Shown: positions 37,284 to 47,337 of the stretch, piece by piece
Layout of the letters: every line of letters begins with the position of its first letter
Position numbering within the stretch: the first letter of the stretch is position 1
NCBI GenBank assembly: GCA_963832745.1
Contig: CAWHVC010000005.1
Coordinates: 320,001-384,000 of the forward strand
Source: Candidatus Bathyarchaeota archaeon
GTDB taxonomy: Archaea > Thermoproteota > Bathyarchaeia > Bathyarchaeales > Bathycorpusculaceae
DNA length: 64,000 bases
Reading direction: 5' to 3'
Made by a program: the position numbers and the translations under genes
The notes under the pieces: model-generated
Told to the model about the DNA's origin: nothing
What the model saw: the letters and a program-made list of their open reading frames with translations, nothing else
Database searches by the model: none

Positions 37284-38053
37284 TAAGCTGCACCTTTACT
37301 GTTTTTTATGAGCCGGTTTTTCTTAACAATTGCTATTGTAAAGTAATCCTCGTTAATAATCCAGTTAAAAGCGTCACCAAGTCTGCCAACAGTTACCTCC
37401 TCATTTGGCATACTGCAACGTCGAACAAGCGCGATTGTAGCGTTTTCTTTAAAACCTGAACGCTCCAAAATCGGAATCAACTCCTTGAGCCGATAAGCAC
37501 ATTTAATAAAAACCAAATTGTCGGAATGTTTAGCTGCCTCTTCAACCAGTCTAGAATCAAGATTAGAAGGGATAACTGTGATTAACTCCTCTTTTTCTGC
37601 CAAGGGAATTCTTGCACTTGCCGCACAAGCGTTAAAAGCGCTTACGCCCGGGATAATTTCAAGTTCAAGGTCTGAGTGTTCATTTTTCAGGCTCTGGTAC
37701 AGGTAAATAAATGTACTGTAAAACATTGGGTCGCCCAAAGTGATGAAAACCACGGTTTTGTCACCGTCAGCTTTTTCGGCAATGATGTTTGCGTTCTTGT
37801 CCCATAAAGCTTGGTTGCTTAAGTCGTCTTTAGTCATGGGAAAAATCAGTTCAAGCATCTCCGGCGGCACCGTACGTTCAGCAAGAATGGGTTTAATCAT
37901 TGTAACTGCAAGGCTTGGCTTGTCAACGTTAGATTTTGGAATACAAATAACATCAGCTGCCCGTAAGGCTTTTGCTGCTTTAAGCGTGATTAATTCTGGG
38001 TCACCTGGACCTACACCGATACCAATGAATTTACCAGCCAATTCACAGTTCAC
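37283..38053 (-). CDS. cbiL: cobalt-factor II C20-methyltransferase
   Basis: GVGPGDPELITLKA, FPMTKD, LGDPMFYST. Confidence 0.9.
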   Translation of the reverse strand: MNCELAGKFIGIGVGPGDPELITLKAAKALRAADVICIPKSNVDKPSLAVTMIKPILAERTVPPEMLELIFPMTKDDLSNQALWDKNANIIAEKADGDKTVVFITLGDPMFYSTFIYLYQSLKNEHSDLELEIIPGVSAFNACAASARIPLAEKEELITVIPSNLDSRLVEEAAKHSDNLVFIKCAYRLKELIPILERSGFKENATIALVRRCSMPNEEVTVGRLGDAFNWIINEDYFTIAIVKKNRLIKNSKGAA

Positions 38054-38654
38054 CTAAAGTTTTTGAAGCTGACACTATCGTTATGGGGTTTCTCGCAATC
38101 ATCATAATTCCACTTTTAATCTGCTTTCCTTTCGCTACTGAGACTTGGGTAACGTCAACATCTTTAAAGCCCAACTGCTTAAGCTCATCAATTGCGGTGA
38201 CTGCTGTTTCCAAAAGAATAGCATTAACAACAACCCTGCCATTAGGCTTAAGTTTGCCTTGAACAGCACACAGAATCTCGCGCAGGTTCATGGTTCCGCC
38301 AACCAGCACGGCGTCCGCAATTGGAAAATCCGCCAAACCTTCAGGAGCTTTTCCCTGTTTAACAACGGCGTTGTTTTGGACGCCAAATTTTTCAACGTTA
38401 CTTTGAGTCAATTTAGCAGCGACTGGGTCTTCATCAATCGCGTAAACCTTTCCTGACGGGGCAACTTGGAGCGCTGCTTCAACAGTTAAGCCGCCGGTAC
38501 CACAACCAATGTCAATGACGGTGTCACCTTCACAGAGCCGGGCTTTGGAAATAGTTAAAACACGTACGTCAACCTTTGTTGGACCCGGCACGTTCTCGTC
38601 TGTATTGAAGTATTCATCTGGGACGCCTGGTGTTTTGTAATTCCAAATCTTCAT
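38043..38654 (-). CDS. cbiT: cobalt-precorrin-6B C15-methyltransferase (decarboxylating)
   Basis: PGVPD..F, TK.DVR, DIGCGTGG, NPITIV. Confidence 0.92.
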   Translation of the reverse strand: MKIWNYKTPGVPDEYFNTDENVPGPTKVDVRVLTISKARLCEGDTVIDIGCGTGGLTVEAALQVAPSGKVYAIDEDPVAAKLTQSNVEKFGVQNNAVVKQGKAPEGLADFPIADAVLVGGTMNLREILCAVQGKLKPNGRVVVNAILLETAVTAIDELKQLGFKDVDVTQVSVAKGKQIKSGIMMIARNPITIVSASKTLGEL

Positions 38655-39325
38655 TATGCATCCTCACATTTTGCTTTGATAACCATAACACATAAACCGC
38701 CAAAATCAGCAGCGGAAACGTCCTCTAATCTGCTGGGGGTAACCTTTTCATTACTTAATGTCAGGTTTTCACAGATGAACACTGGCATCTTTGAGTCAAA
38801 CCCTGCTTTAATCAGAAAAATTGCGATTTCTTTGGGCGAAAAAGCCCGTGCATCAGGCAAAAGCATCACGTCCCTGCCCGCTTTTAAGCAAGCAGCCAAC
38901 TCGCTTTTTTTCTCTGTACTTACGTTGCCTTGATGAAAAGTGAATAAGGAGACCTCATCCCAACTTAGCCTCAGTCGAGCAGCACAAACTTGAACCGCGC
39001 TTACTCCGGGAACCACGTTGATTTCATTTGCCGTGATTAGTTTGGTGTTTAGAACCGATTTTAGTAGACCAGAGAAACCTGGGTCGCCGGTTGATAGGAC
39101 TGCGACGGTTTTGCCGTTTTTGGCTGACTCAATTGCGTATTTGAGCAGGGTATTGAGGTTTTTTGCCGTTAACACTTGGGTTTCGCCGTGTATGTCACTG
39201 CTGAAAAGATCCAAGCTGCGTTGTGCCCCAATAACTATTTCAGCTTCAGCGACGGTTTTATGTACCACTGGGGTAACGTAATCTGCCCCGCCGGGTCCAA
39301 CGCCTACTATGTTAAGTTTGACCAC
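38654..39325 (-). CDS. cbiE: cobalt-precorrin-7 C5-methyltransferase
   Basis: VGVGPG, STGDPGFSG, PGVSAVQ, CENLT..NE. Confidence 0.9.
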   Translation of the reverse strand: MVKLNIVGVGPGGADYVTPVVHKTVAEAEIVIGAQRSLDLFSSDIHGETQVLTAKNLNTLLKYAIESAKNGKTVAVLSTGDPGFSGLLKSVLNTKLITANEINVVPGVSAVQVCAARLRLSWDEVSLFTFHQGNVSTEKKSELAACLKAGRDVMLLPDARAFSPKEIAIFLIKAGFDSKMPVFICENLTLSNEKVTPSRLEDVSAADFGGLCVMVIKAKCEDA

Positions 39326-40407
39326 GGCTTATTGTCCCTCGCATTCTTGTCCATTCCTAAAACTTTGCCATCCATGGCAACGATAACTATACTAATTTTT
39401 AATTTATCATCCACTCTGTCACTGACGCGTTGGTGAACTCGAGCAGCTATTCTATTGTAAGTTTTCTCCAAAAGGTCAACTTTCCGCAGGATTTCTGAGG
39501 CTTCATCAGACGTGTTAGCAGCTAGCAAGTCGTTGATTGTTTGGGTTGATGCTCCAACAGCGCCAGCGTAGGACGCGATTACTTCGTTGCGTGCATCTCC
39601 GACTTTATGATGCGTGTTGAAAATGTTTGCTGCAAGCTTGACGATTTTGCCTGAGTGACCGATGAATATGATTTCTTTAACATCTTTTTCGATTGCTTTA
39701 TCAAGCATGTAACCAACGAAGTCGCCTGTTTGAACAATTGCATCTTCAGGGATGCCGAATTTTTCTTTTGCAATTTTTTCGCCTATGTTGCCTGGAACGT
39801 AAATTATACGTTTGTAGCCTCGGGCGATGGCAACGTCAATTTGCGGCACGAGTGAACGCCTACATGCTTCAAGCGACAACGGTTTCACAACGCCGGTAGT
39901 GCCAAGGATGGATACGCCGCCTTTAATGCCTAGTTTGGCGTTTGTGGTTTTTTTGGCGATGTTTGCTCCTTCTGGAGCGCTTATGGTTACTTCGACGCCT
40001 TTACCTTCTGGCAATGCTTCTTTTACAGCTTCAGTTATCATGCTTCTGGGTACAGGGTTAATTGCTCCTTCGCCGACTGGAACCTGCAAGCCCGGTTTAG
40101 TGACTACACCGACGCCAACACCGCTTTTAATAGTAACTTTTCCGTCGTCAGTAATTTTGACGGTGGCAATTATCTCCATTTTGTCGGTGGCGTCGATGTC
40201 TTGGCCTGCATCTTTCACGGCTACTGCTTGAGCGGTGTCTGTGGCGAGTTTTCTGCTAGATTTAACTGGCACTTCAAAACGTAAACCAATAGGTGTAGGA
40301 ATAACTACTCGGTCTACTGGCTCTTTAAGGGCTGCTATTGTTGCCGCTTTGGCTGCTGCCGCCGCGGTTGCGCCTGTTGTTATGCCGTATTTGAGAAACC
40401 TCGCCAT
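39307..40407 (-). CDS. cbiD: cobalt-precorrin-5B C1-methyltransferase
   Basis: GITTGATAAAAAKAA, KDAG.D.DAT, AINPVPR, GGVSILGTTG. Confidence 0.95.
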   Translation of the reverse strand: MARFLKYGITTGATAAAAAKAATIAALKEPVDRVVIPTPIGLRFEVPVKSSRKLATDTAQAVAVKDAGQDIDATDKMEIIATVKITDDGKVTIKSGVGVGVVTKPGLQVPVGEGAINPVPRSMITEAVKEALPEGKGVEVTISAPEGANIAKKTTNAKLGIKGGVSILGTTGVVKPLSLEACRRSLVPQIDVAIARGYKRIIYVPGNIGEKIAKEKFGIPEDAIVQTGDFVGYMLDKAIEKDVKEIIFIGHSGKIVKLAANIFNTHHKVGDARNEVIASYAGAVGASTQTINDLLAANTSDEASEILRKVDLLEKTYNRIAARVHQRVSDRVDDKLKISIVIVAMDGKVLGMDKNARDNKPWSNLT

Positions 40408-40418
40408 AATTTTCACCT

Positions 40419-41499
40419 TTAACCGTAAAGCTTGCCTTCAGCAAGAGTTAGTAACGCGTTAAACACTGCAACAGCGATTGTGCTGCCGCCTCTACGTCCA
40501 CGAGTTACAACATATGGAACAGAAAGCTTTTCCACAACTTCTTTAGATTCAGCTGCCCCAACAAAACCCACTGGAACCGCAACAATTAATGCAGGTTTAA
40601 CTTTTCCTGTGTTAATCTGGGCAGCAAGTTCAAAGGCTGCGGTTGGAGCATTACCAATTAAGACGATGGCGCCGTCTAAGCCGTCTTTTATGGCTAAACG
40701 CATAGCAGCTGCCGCGCGGGTTAAGCCTTCCTTTTTAGCAAGGTCCATGGCACGTTCGTCATTCATGTAAGTGTATATTTTGCTGCCAAACTTTTTCAGT
40801 CTGGCCTCATTTATGCCTGCTTTAACCATTTTCACGTCGGTTACAATTTTTGCGCCTGCTTTAATGGCGTCTACACCCGCTTTAACTGCGTCATCGCTGA
40901 TTACTATGAGTTTGGCAAATTCTGGGTCTGCGGTTGTATGAACAACCCGTTCAACGATAGGAACTTTATCTTTAGGCAGTTTTGCTAAGTCTTCGCTGAT
41001 AGCTTGACGGATGAGCATCATACTTTTGTCCACTATTTTGCCTGATTCTGCAACTGAGTAAGCATCCAAGATTTCGCCGTCTTTCTTTACTTGTTGACCT
41101 ACTGCTTTGAAGGCTTTTTCTTCTAAAATGTCGGCGATGCGTTCATCACTACCCAACGGTTCACCATAAACAAGTTCAACTCCTTTAGTTTTAAGTTGGG
41201 GTTCTCTCTCTTTTACACCAATTAAGCCAGGGATGTCTTCGGTTGTGTGGACACCGGGGGCAAGAAAAGCGGGAACCAGCACGATTTTTGATACGCCTTT
41301 TTCTGCAACAATGTCAATTGCTTCGTTAACGCTTGGAGTGTCACGTATCATAAAAGCGATTTCTACAACTTTGAATTTGCCGTGGCTTCGCAGCATTGTC
41401 AGCTAGCTTTTCAAGGTTTTCTCGATTGTGAGGTAGTTTACTGCCGTGTCCGATTAGGATTAAACCAACATTATCTAACGTTTTTGATGTCAAAACCAT
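40419..41499 (-). CDS. cbiX/cbiC: CbiX cobaltochelatase - CbiC precorrin-8X methylmutase fusion, split by a +1 frameshift at ~41397
   Basis: LIGHGSK in one frame; AFM..P, PAFLAPGVH..EDIP, then HTTADP, GNAPTA, PVGFVGAAESK in the next frame. Confidence 0.85.
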
Positions 41500-42796
41500 T
41501 TTTCCCCGCTTTGTCAAAAAGTTTAATGGCGATATCAATTACTTGCTTATCATCATTACTGGCTGCCGCACGTAAGTTTTCGATAATTGGCAGAAAGGTT
41601 TGTTTAAGCAAAACGCTTGTTAAGTCATCAATGACTTTACGTTGTTTATCATCAATATTACCTAACATGTTGATGGCTTTGTTTAACTCTGTTTGTCGTA
41701 TCTGCTCTGCATTGGATAGAAGCTCTGAAATGATAAGCCGTACTGAGAGTTTTTTCATGTCATCATCAAGGATAACTAATTCATCGTCAATCATGTGAAT
41801 TGCTGTTTCAACACATTTCTGGCGTTCCGCCAAGTTTTTTTCAGCGATAAGTTGCAAATCATCAATATTGTAAAGCCTTACTTTGGGAATTTCCTGAATA
41901 GTTTTTTCAACATTACGTGGATTTGAAATGTCAATAATAACTAAATCATTTTGATTTACACGTTGACTCATGAGTTTAGAAACATTCTCTTTAGTTAACA
42001 AATAATGTGGTGCAGAAGTAGAGCAGATAACAACGTCGGCATCAACAAGCACCTCTTCAAACTGGTCAAATTTTACCGCTTTACCAGATAAATCCTCAGC
42101 CAAGGATACCGCCCGAGCATACGTACGGTTAGCAATAAAAATTGGGCTCAAACAACGCCTAGCCAAAGCCTTCGCAACTAAGGTGCCCATTTCACCGGCA
42201 CCCATAACAAGAATCCTTTTTTCCTCCAAATTACCCAGAAGGGTCGCTGCTAACTCTACTGCTGCTGAACCCACCGAAACTGCGCCTTTGTTAATGCCTG
42301 TTACGTCTCTGATGCGCCGTCCAACAGTCATAGCACGGTTAAACAGGTGCTTAATAATTGGACCAGATGTTTTGGCTTTTTCAGCTTCTAAGTAAGCATC
42401 CCAGACCTGGTTTAGAATTTGCTCTTCACCAATAACCATTGATTCAAGCCCTGAAGTTATCTTCATCATGTGCTTATGTGCTTCATGATCAATTGAAGTT
42501 TCAATTGCTTCAAAAGCCTCTTGATAATGAGGCAATGAACGTTGCGCTAAATACTTTTTTGCAGCATCAAGCGTTTTTTCGCCTTCTTCACTTACAAGAA
42601 ACAGTTCAATACGGTTACATGTTTGAAGAATCAAACATTCCTCAACATTTTCCATTGACCGCAACTCAGCTAACGCTTCAGGTTTATCTTTAAACACTAC
42701 GGCTTCCATCAATGGAACCCGAGCGGTCTTATGCGTTATACGCACGTTGACGACGTGGTCAGTCTTCGCAGGGGAATGCATGGTTGGATAAACCAT
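41471..42796 (-). CDS. hemA: glutamyl-tRNA reductase
   Basis: TCNRIE, SGLESMVIGEEQIL.Q, GAGEM, DISNPRN. Confidence 0.95.
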   Translation of the reverse strand: MVYPTMHSPAKTDHVVNVRITHKTARVPLMEAVVFKDKPEALAELRSMENVEECLILQTCNRIELFLVSEEGEKTLDAAKKYLAQRSLPHYQEAFEAIETSIDHEAHKHMMKITSGLESMVIGEEQILNQVWDAYLEAEKAKTSGPIIKHLFNRAMTVGRRIRDVTGINKGAVSVGSAAVELAATLLGNLEEKRILVMGAGEMGTLVAKALARRCLSPIFIANRTYARAVSLAEDLSGKAVKFDQFEEVLVDADVVICSTSAPHYLLTKENVSKLMSQRVNQNDLVIIDISNPRNVEKTIQEIPKVRLYNIDDLQLIAEKNLAERQKCVETAIHMIDDELVILDDDMKKLSVRLIISELLSNAEQIRQTELNKAINMLGNIDDKQRKVIDDLTSVLLKQTFLPIIENLRAAASNDDKQVIDIAIKLFDKAGKNGFDIKNVR

Positions 42797-42845
42797 GCGG
42801 CTTTAAATATAAGCTTTCCGTAAATTAACGCTGGGGAACTTTTGG

Positions 42846-44384
42846 ATGCAATTTCGACACAGAATAGGTTTAGCTTATCTTCCCGGCGCTTTGCCGTGCT
42901 TTGAAGACTTCGGAAATCTTCCAACTGACCTGGTGCGTGAAGATGGATTAGTAGACGGAAAACCCGCCAGCGATGTTTTAGACATGCTTATCATTCCCGG
43001 AGGAAGCCTCGTTGAATCCCAAAGCGTAAACCCGGCTGTTTCACGGGAAATCCTTAAAATGGCTAAAGCAGGCAAGTTTCTTCTTGGCATCTGTTCAGGT
43101 TTTCAGGTGCTTGCAAAACAAACTGATGTTGGACGCCTATCAACTGTGCCGATTATCCGTGAAGGCTTAGGCTTAATTGATGCCGAGTTTAAACCGCTCA
43201 TTTGCACTGACCAAGTGAAAGCCCAGATTGTTGATAAAAGCTTCATAACTGACGAGGTGGGCGGGGAAGTTTCAGGTTTTCATTGTCATACTTACGGCAA
43301 AGTAGAACTGCACAACGACGCAAAACCCATACTTGTTTCCCACATTCAGCATGCAAATTACCACAAAGCTCCTCAGGACCTTATTTCGGGTATCGCCAAC
43401 AAGGAGGGCAACATCGTCGGAGTTTTTGTGCATGCACTGCTTGACCAAAACCCCCTAATTATTGAAGGCATAACAAAATCGCTTGATATTAACCAGTTAG
43501 AACTTCAGGAGATCCGTAAAGTCAATGCGAAACTGGTATCAGAAATCAAATGCGAAATAGGAATCAATACAAAAATCCATCCTGTAAAAGCCGCTAAAAA
43601 ATCTTCGGTGATGGTGCTAGTCACAGCTTTAGGCAGTGGTTCGGGAAAGACTTTTCTTGTGACAGGTATGGCTGGTGCTTTGAAAAAGAAAGGTTACAAT
43701 GTGGGTTTAATCAAGCTTGGTGGTGACATCCGTGATTCTGTGCCAGCGCTTTATCTGGTTAAGGAACCGATTAAAAGTTATTCTTCTATTCAAATAAGTG
43801 AAAGCGGCTGGACACCCCTTCAAGAAGCAATAGAGCAAGCGTCTAAAGTGTATGATTTTCTGTTTGTCGAGGGTGCCATGAGTGCGTTTACAGGTTTATT
43901 GAATAGCAAAATTAAGCGTCCAGCTTCAACTTTGGAAGTTGCAGCTTCACTAGGTGCACCAATCATCGTTGTGGTTACATGCGATAAGGAAGGTATTGAA
44001 GGCGGCTTAGTTAACGTTTTAAATTATGTTAATGTGCTAAAAATTTTAGGTGCTAACCCAACAGGTGTTATTCTTAACAAGATGAGCACAAGTTACCTCA
44101 CTGAAGAAGATAAACAAACCATAAAACAGGCGCTTGAAAACGTGGGCGTCACACTTATCGGTGTTGTGCCAAGCATGAAAATTGAAAAACGTGGGATGAT
44201 TCCTGAAATCGAAATCTGCTATGACGAGTTTGGAGCTCAAGCAATCGACGCAGCCGAACGCTACCTTAACCTTGATCAACTTGTTAAACTGGCAAAAGCC
44301 CCCGAACAAAACAATGTCGATTACACGGCGTTTGTTGAGAAATTCAAAAAACTCTTAACTAACTACCCCTGTAAGCTTTCTTAA
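42846..44384 (+). CDS. cobyrinate amidase-like protein with inverted order (GATase N-terminal, P-loop synthetase C-terminal)
   Basis: IIPGGS, GICSGFQ, FVH in the N-half; GSGSGKT, VEGAMS, GVILNK in the C-half. Confidence 0.7.
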   Translation: MQFRHRIGLAYLPGALPCFEDFGNLPTDLVREDGLVDGKPASDVLDMLIIPGGSLVESQSVNPAVSREILKMAKAGKFLLGICSGFQVLAKQTDVGRLSTVPIIREGLGLIDAEFKPLICTDQVKAQIVDKSFITDEVGGEVSGFHCHTYGKVELHNDAKPILVSHIQHANYHKAPQDLISGIANKEGNIVGVFVHALLDQNPLIIEGITKSLDINQLELQEIRKVNAKLVSEIKCEIGINTKIHPVKAAKKSSVMVLVTALGSGSGKTFLVTGMAGALKKKGYNVGLIKLGGDIRDSVPALYLVKEPIKSYSSIQISESGWTPLQEAIEQASKVYDFLFVEGAMSAFTGLLNSKIKRPASTLEVAASLGAPIIVVVTCDKEGIEGGLVNVLNYVNVLKILGANPTGVILNKMSTSYLTEEDKQTIKQALENVGVTLIGVVPSMKIEKRGMIPEIEICYDEFGAQAIDAAERYLNLDQLVKLAKAPEQNNVDYTAFVEKFKKLLTNYPCKLS

Positions 44385-44399
44385 GAGGGCAAAGCAAGA

Positions 44400-45059
44400 T
44401 TGCTGTTGGATTTTAAGTTAGACGGAAAAGTTGTGGTTGTAGTTGGCGGTGGCCTTGAAGGTTATCGGAAAATCCACAATTTTGTTGACGGCAACGCAGA
44501 AATAACAGTTGTTAGCAGCGATTTTTCTGAAGGCATAAAATCCTATGCAGAACAGGGAAAAGTCCTGTTACATAGAGCTCAAATCACGGATGCTCAGAAT
44601 TTTATTGACCAATTAAACCCAAAACCTGCAATAATATTGGCAGTAACGAACAATTCCGAGTTAAATGCTCAACTGGTAAAAGCAGCTAAAACAGCAGGGT
44701 GCTTAGTGTACTGCGTTACTGATTCTGCCTTGAGCGATTTTACTTTGCCCGCCATCTCACGAATTGGTGATGTTAAGGTGGCTGTTTCCACAAGCGGCAA
44801 AAGCCCCGCGATGGCTCGGGAACTGCGGCGTAGAATCGAAAAACTTGTTACACCTGAAGACTTGTTAGCGATTGAATTGCAGACGTACCTGCGTAAACTG
44901 CTTAAGAACAGCGTTGCTGATCAGCGGATGCGTAGCAGATTTTTAAACGAGATGCTTAATAACGTTGAAATAAAACAAGCATTAAGCGACAATAAACTCA
45001 ATGTGGCTAAAGAGTTAGCCCTCAAAATTATAAAAAATAAAGAGGCTCTAAAGACATGA
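44400..45059 (+). CDS. sirC: precorrin-2 dehydrogenase
   Basis: VVVGGG, DFTLPA, AVSTSGKSPAMA. Confidence 0.9.
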   Translation: MLLDFKLDGKVVVVVGGGLEGYRKIHNFVDGNAEITVVSSDFSEGIKSYAEQGKVLLHRAQITDAQNFIDQLNPKPAIILAVTNNSELNAQLVKAAKTAGCLVYCVTDSALSDFTLPAISRIGDVKVAVSTSGKSPAMARELRRRIEKLVTPEDLLAIELQTYLRKLLKNSVADQRMRSRFLNEMLNNVEIKQALSDNKLNVAKELALKIIKNKEALKT

Positions 45060-46036
45060 GTTTTCCAACTGTACGAATGAGAAGACTCCGCAGAACCGAA
45101 GCACTGCGGTCAATGCTAAACCAAATCCAAATCCAACCAAGCAACCTAATCTACCCACTCTTCGTTGACGAAACAATCACAAAACCTGCACCAGTAAACG
45201 CTATGCCAGGCTACTTCCGTTACCCACTCGACCAAGTCATCGAGGAAGCCAAATCCGCGCTTGAACAGGGCGTAAAAAGCGTGCTTTTATTCGGCATTCC
45301 CGCCAAAAAAGATGCAGTAGGCTCAGGAGCTTACGCAAAAGACGGCATTGTGCAGAAAGCCGCAGCCAAACTCAAAGCCCAATTCAAAAATGACCTCATC
45401 ATAATAGGCGACGTTTGCCTATGCGAATATACAAGTCACGGTCACTGTGGAATAATTAAAGATGATGAAGTTCAAAACGATGAAACTCTTGAGTTGCTGG
45501 GTAAAACCGCCGTTAGTCAGGCTGAAGCAGGTGTTGACATTGTTGCGCCTTCAGCTATGATGGATGGGCAAGTTTGTGCAATTCGTGAAGCCTTGGATGA
45601 CGCAGGTTATTATCAAATTCCTATTTTGGCGTACGCGGCAAAGTTTGTTTCAGCTTTTTATGGTCCGTTCCGTGACGCAGCAGAGTCCACTCCTCAGTTT
45701 GGTAACCGTGGAAGTTACCAAATGAGTCAAGGCAACATCCAAGAAGCAATGCGTGAGATTGAACTTGACATTAACGAGGGCGCTGACATGATAATGGTTA
45801 AACCCGCGCTTGCATACTTGGACATTATCAGCCTTGCAAAAGCCAATTTTGACGTTCCAATCGTCGCCTACAATGTAAGCGGTGAATATTCAATGGTTAA
45901 AGCAGCCGCAATGAACGGTTGGATAGATGAAAAAGCCGTTACACGCGAAATCTTAACCGGCATCAAACGTGCAGGCGCCGACTTAATCATAACTTATCAT
46001 GCTAAAGACCTAAAATCGTGGTTGAATCAGCCTTGA
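45056..46036 (+). CDS. hemB: porphobilinogen synthase
   Basis: DVCLCEYTSHGHCG, SAFYGPFRDA, MVKPA. Confidence 0.97.
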   Translation: MSFPTVRMRRLRRTEALRSMLNQIQIQPSNLIYPLFVDETITKPAPVNAMPGYFRYPLDQVIEEAKSALEQGVKSVLLFGIPAKKDAVGSGAYAKDGIVQKAAAKLKAQFKNDLIIIGDVCLCEYTSHGHCGIIKDDEVQNDETLELLGKTAVSQAEAGVDIVAPSAMMDGQVCAIREALDDAGYYQIPILAYAAKFVSAFYGPFRDAAESTPQFGNRGSYQMSQGNIQEAMREIELDINEGADMIMVKPALAYLDIISLAKANFDVPIVAYNVSGEYSMVKAAAMNGWIDEKAVTREILTGIKRAGADLIITYHAKDLKSWLNQP

Positions 46037-47331
46037 AAGAAACCAAAACTAAATCTCAAGAACTCTTTGAAAGAGCCAAAAAAATCTTGCCCGGCGGCGT
46101 CAACAGCCCCGTCCGCGCATTTGAGCCTTACCCCTTCTTTGTTGAATCCGCTCAAGGCTCCAAAATGTATGATGTTGACGGTAAAGCCTACATTGATTAC
46201 TGTAACGCTTATGGCGCCATGCTTTTCGGTCACGCTTACCAAGAAGTCATGGAAGCCGTTAAGGCTCAACTTACAAAAGGCACATTGTACGGTGCCCCAA
46301 CCGAGCGGGAAGTCGAATTTGCCGAACTTATTCAGAAAGCATCTCCATGCATGGAAATGATGCGGTTAGTCAACAGCGGCACAGAAGCCACAATGCACGC
46401 TATCCGAGCAGCAAGAGGCTTTACTGGACGCAAAAAAATCGTCAAATTTGAAGGCTGCTTCCATGGTTCACACGACAATGTGCTTGTCAAGGCGGGTTCA
46501 GGCGCTGCAACTTTTGGTACACCAAACTCGCTGGGTATCCCTGAGGAGACAACACAAAACACGATTGTTCTGCCCTATAATGATGTTATAGCGGTAGAGG
46601 AAGTGTTTAAGCGTGAAGGAAACGACATAGCCGCAGTAATAGTTGAGCCCGTCTTAGCAAACGTTGGCTTAATTTTACCTAAAAATGATTATTTGGTTAA
46701 CCTGCGCAAGTTGACAAGCCAATACGGCGTCGTGCTGATTTTTGACGAAATCATTACCGGTTTCCGTCTCGCTTTGGGTGGCGCTCAAGAATACTTCAAC
46801 GTTAAACCCGATATGGCAACACTTGGCAAAGTGCTCGGCGGTGGTTTCCCTGTGGCAGCGTTTGGCGGCAAAAAAGAAATAATGCAAAACATCAGTCCCG
46901 TCGGCAAAGTGTATCAAGCAGGAACTTTCAGTGGCAATCCTGTATCGGCAACAGCAGGCTACACAGTGCTTAACATTTTAAGCCAAAAAAAGAACGAAAT
47001 CTACCCCCATCTCGCAAAGAATGCTCAAGAACTAAGCAAAGCCCTCTTTGACCTCTCAAAGAATTACAAGTTGCCAGTTCAAATCTACAACATTGCCTCC
47101 TTATACCAAATCTTTTTCACAAACAAATCAGTCACCGATTACACTTGCGCTAAATCTTCAAACATAAAAATGTTCAACGCCTACTTCCAAGAACTTCTAA
47201 AACAGGGCGTGTTCATTCCACCTTCACAGTTCGAAACATGCTTTGTCTCGGTGGCACATTCGCCTGAAGACTTACAGTGCACTATTGAAGCTTTTGATAA
47301 AGCATTGGCGGCAGCATCAAAGGAGCAATAA
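46018..47331 (+). CDS. hemL: glutamate-1-semialdehyde 2,1-aminomutase
   Basis: PGGVNSPVRAF, NSGTEA, FDEIITGFR, GKVLGGG, YQAGTFSGNP. Confidence 0.97.
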   Translation: MVESALKETKTKSQELFERAKKILPGGVNSPVRAFEPYPFFVESAQGSKMYDVDGKAYIDYCNAYGAMLFGHAYQEVMEAVKAQLTKGTLYGAPTEREVEFAELIQKASPCMEMMRLVNSGTEATMHAIRAARGFTGRKKIVKFEGCFHGSHDNVLVKAGSGAATFGTPNSLGIPEETTQNTIVLPYNDVIAVEEVFKREGNDIAAVIVEPVLANVGLILPKNDYLVNLRKLTSQYGVVLIFDEIITGFRLALGGAQEYFNVKPDMATLGKVLGGGFPVAAFGGKKEIMQNISPVGKVYQAGTFSGNPVSATAGYTVLNILSQKKNEIYPHLAKNAQELSKALFDLSKNYKLPVQIYNIASLYQIFFTNKSVTDYTCAKSSNIKMFNAYFQELLKQGVFIPPSQFETCFVSVAHSPEDLQCTIEAFDKALAAASKEQ

Positions 47332-47337
47332 CGCGTT

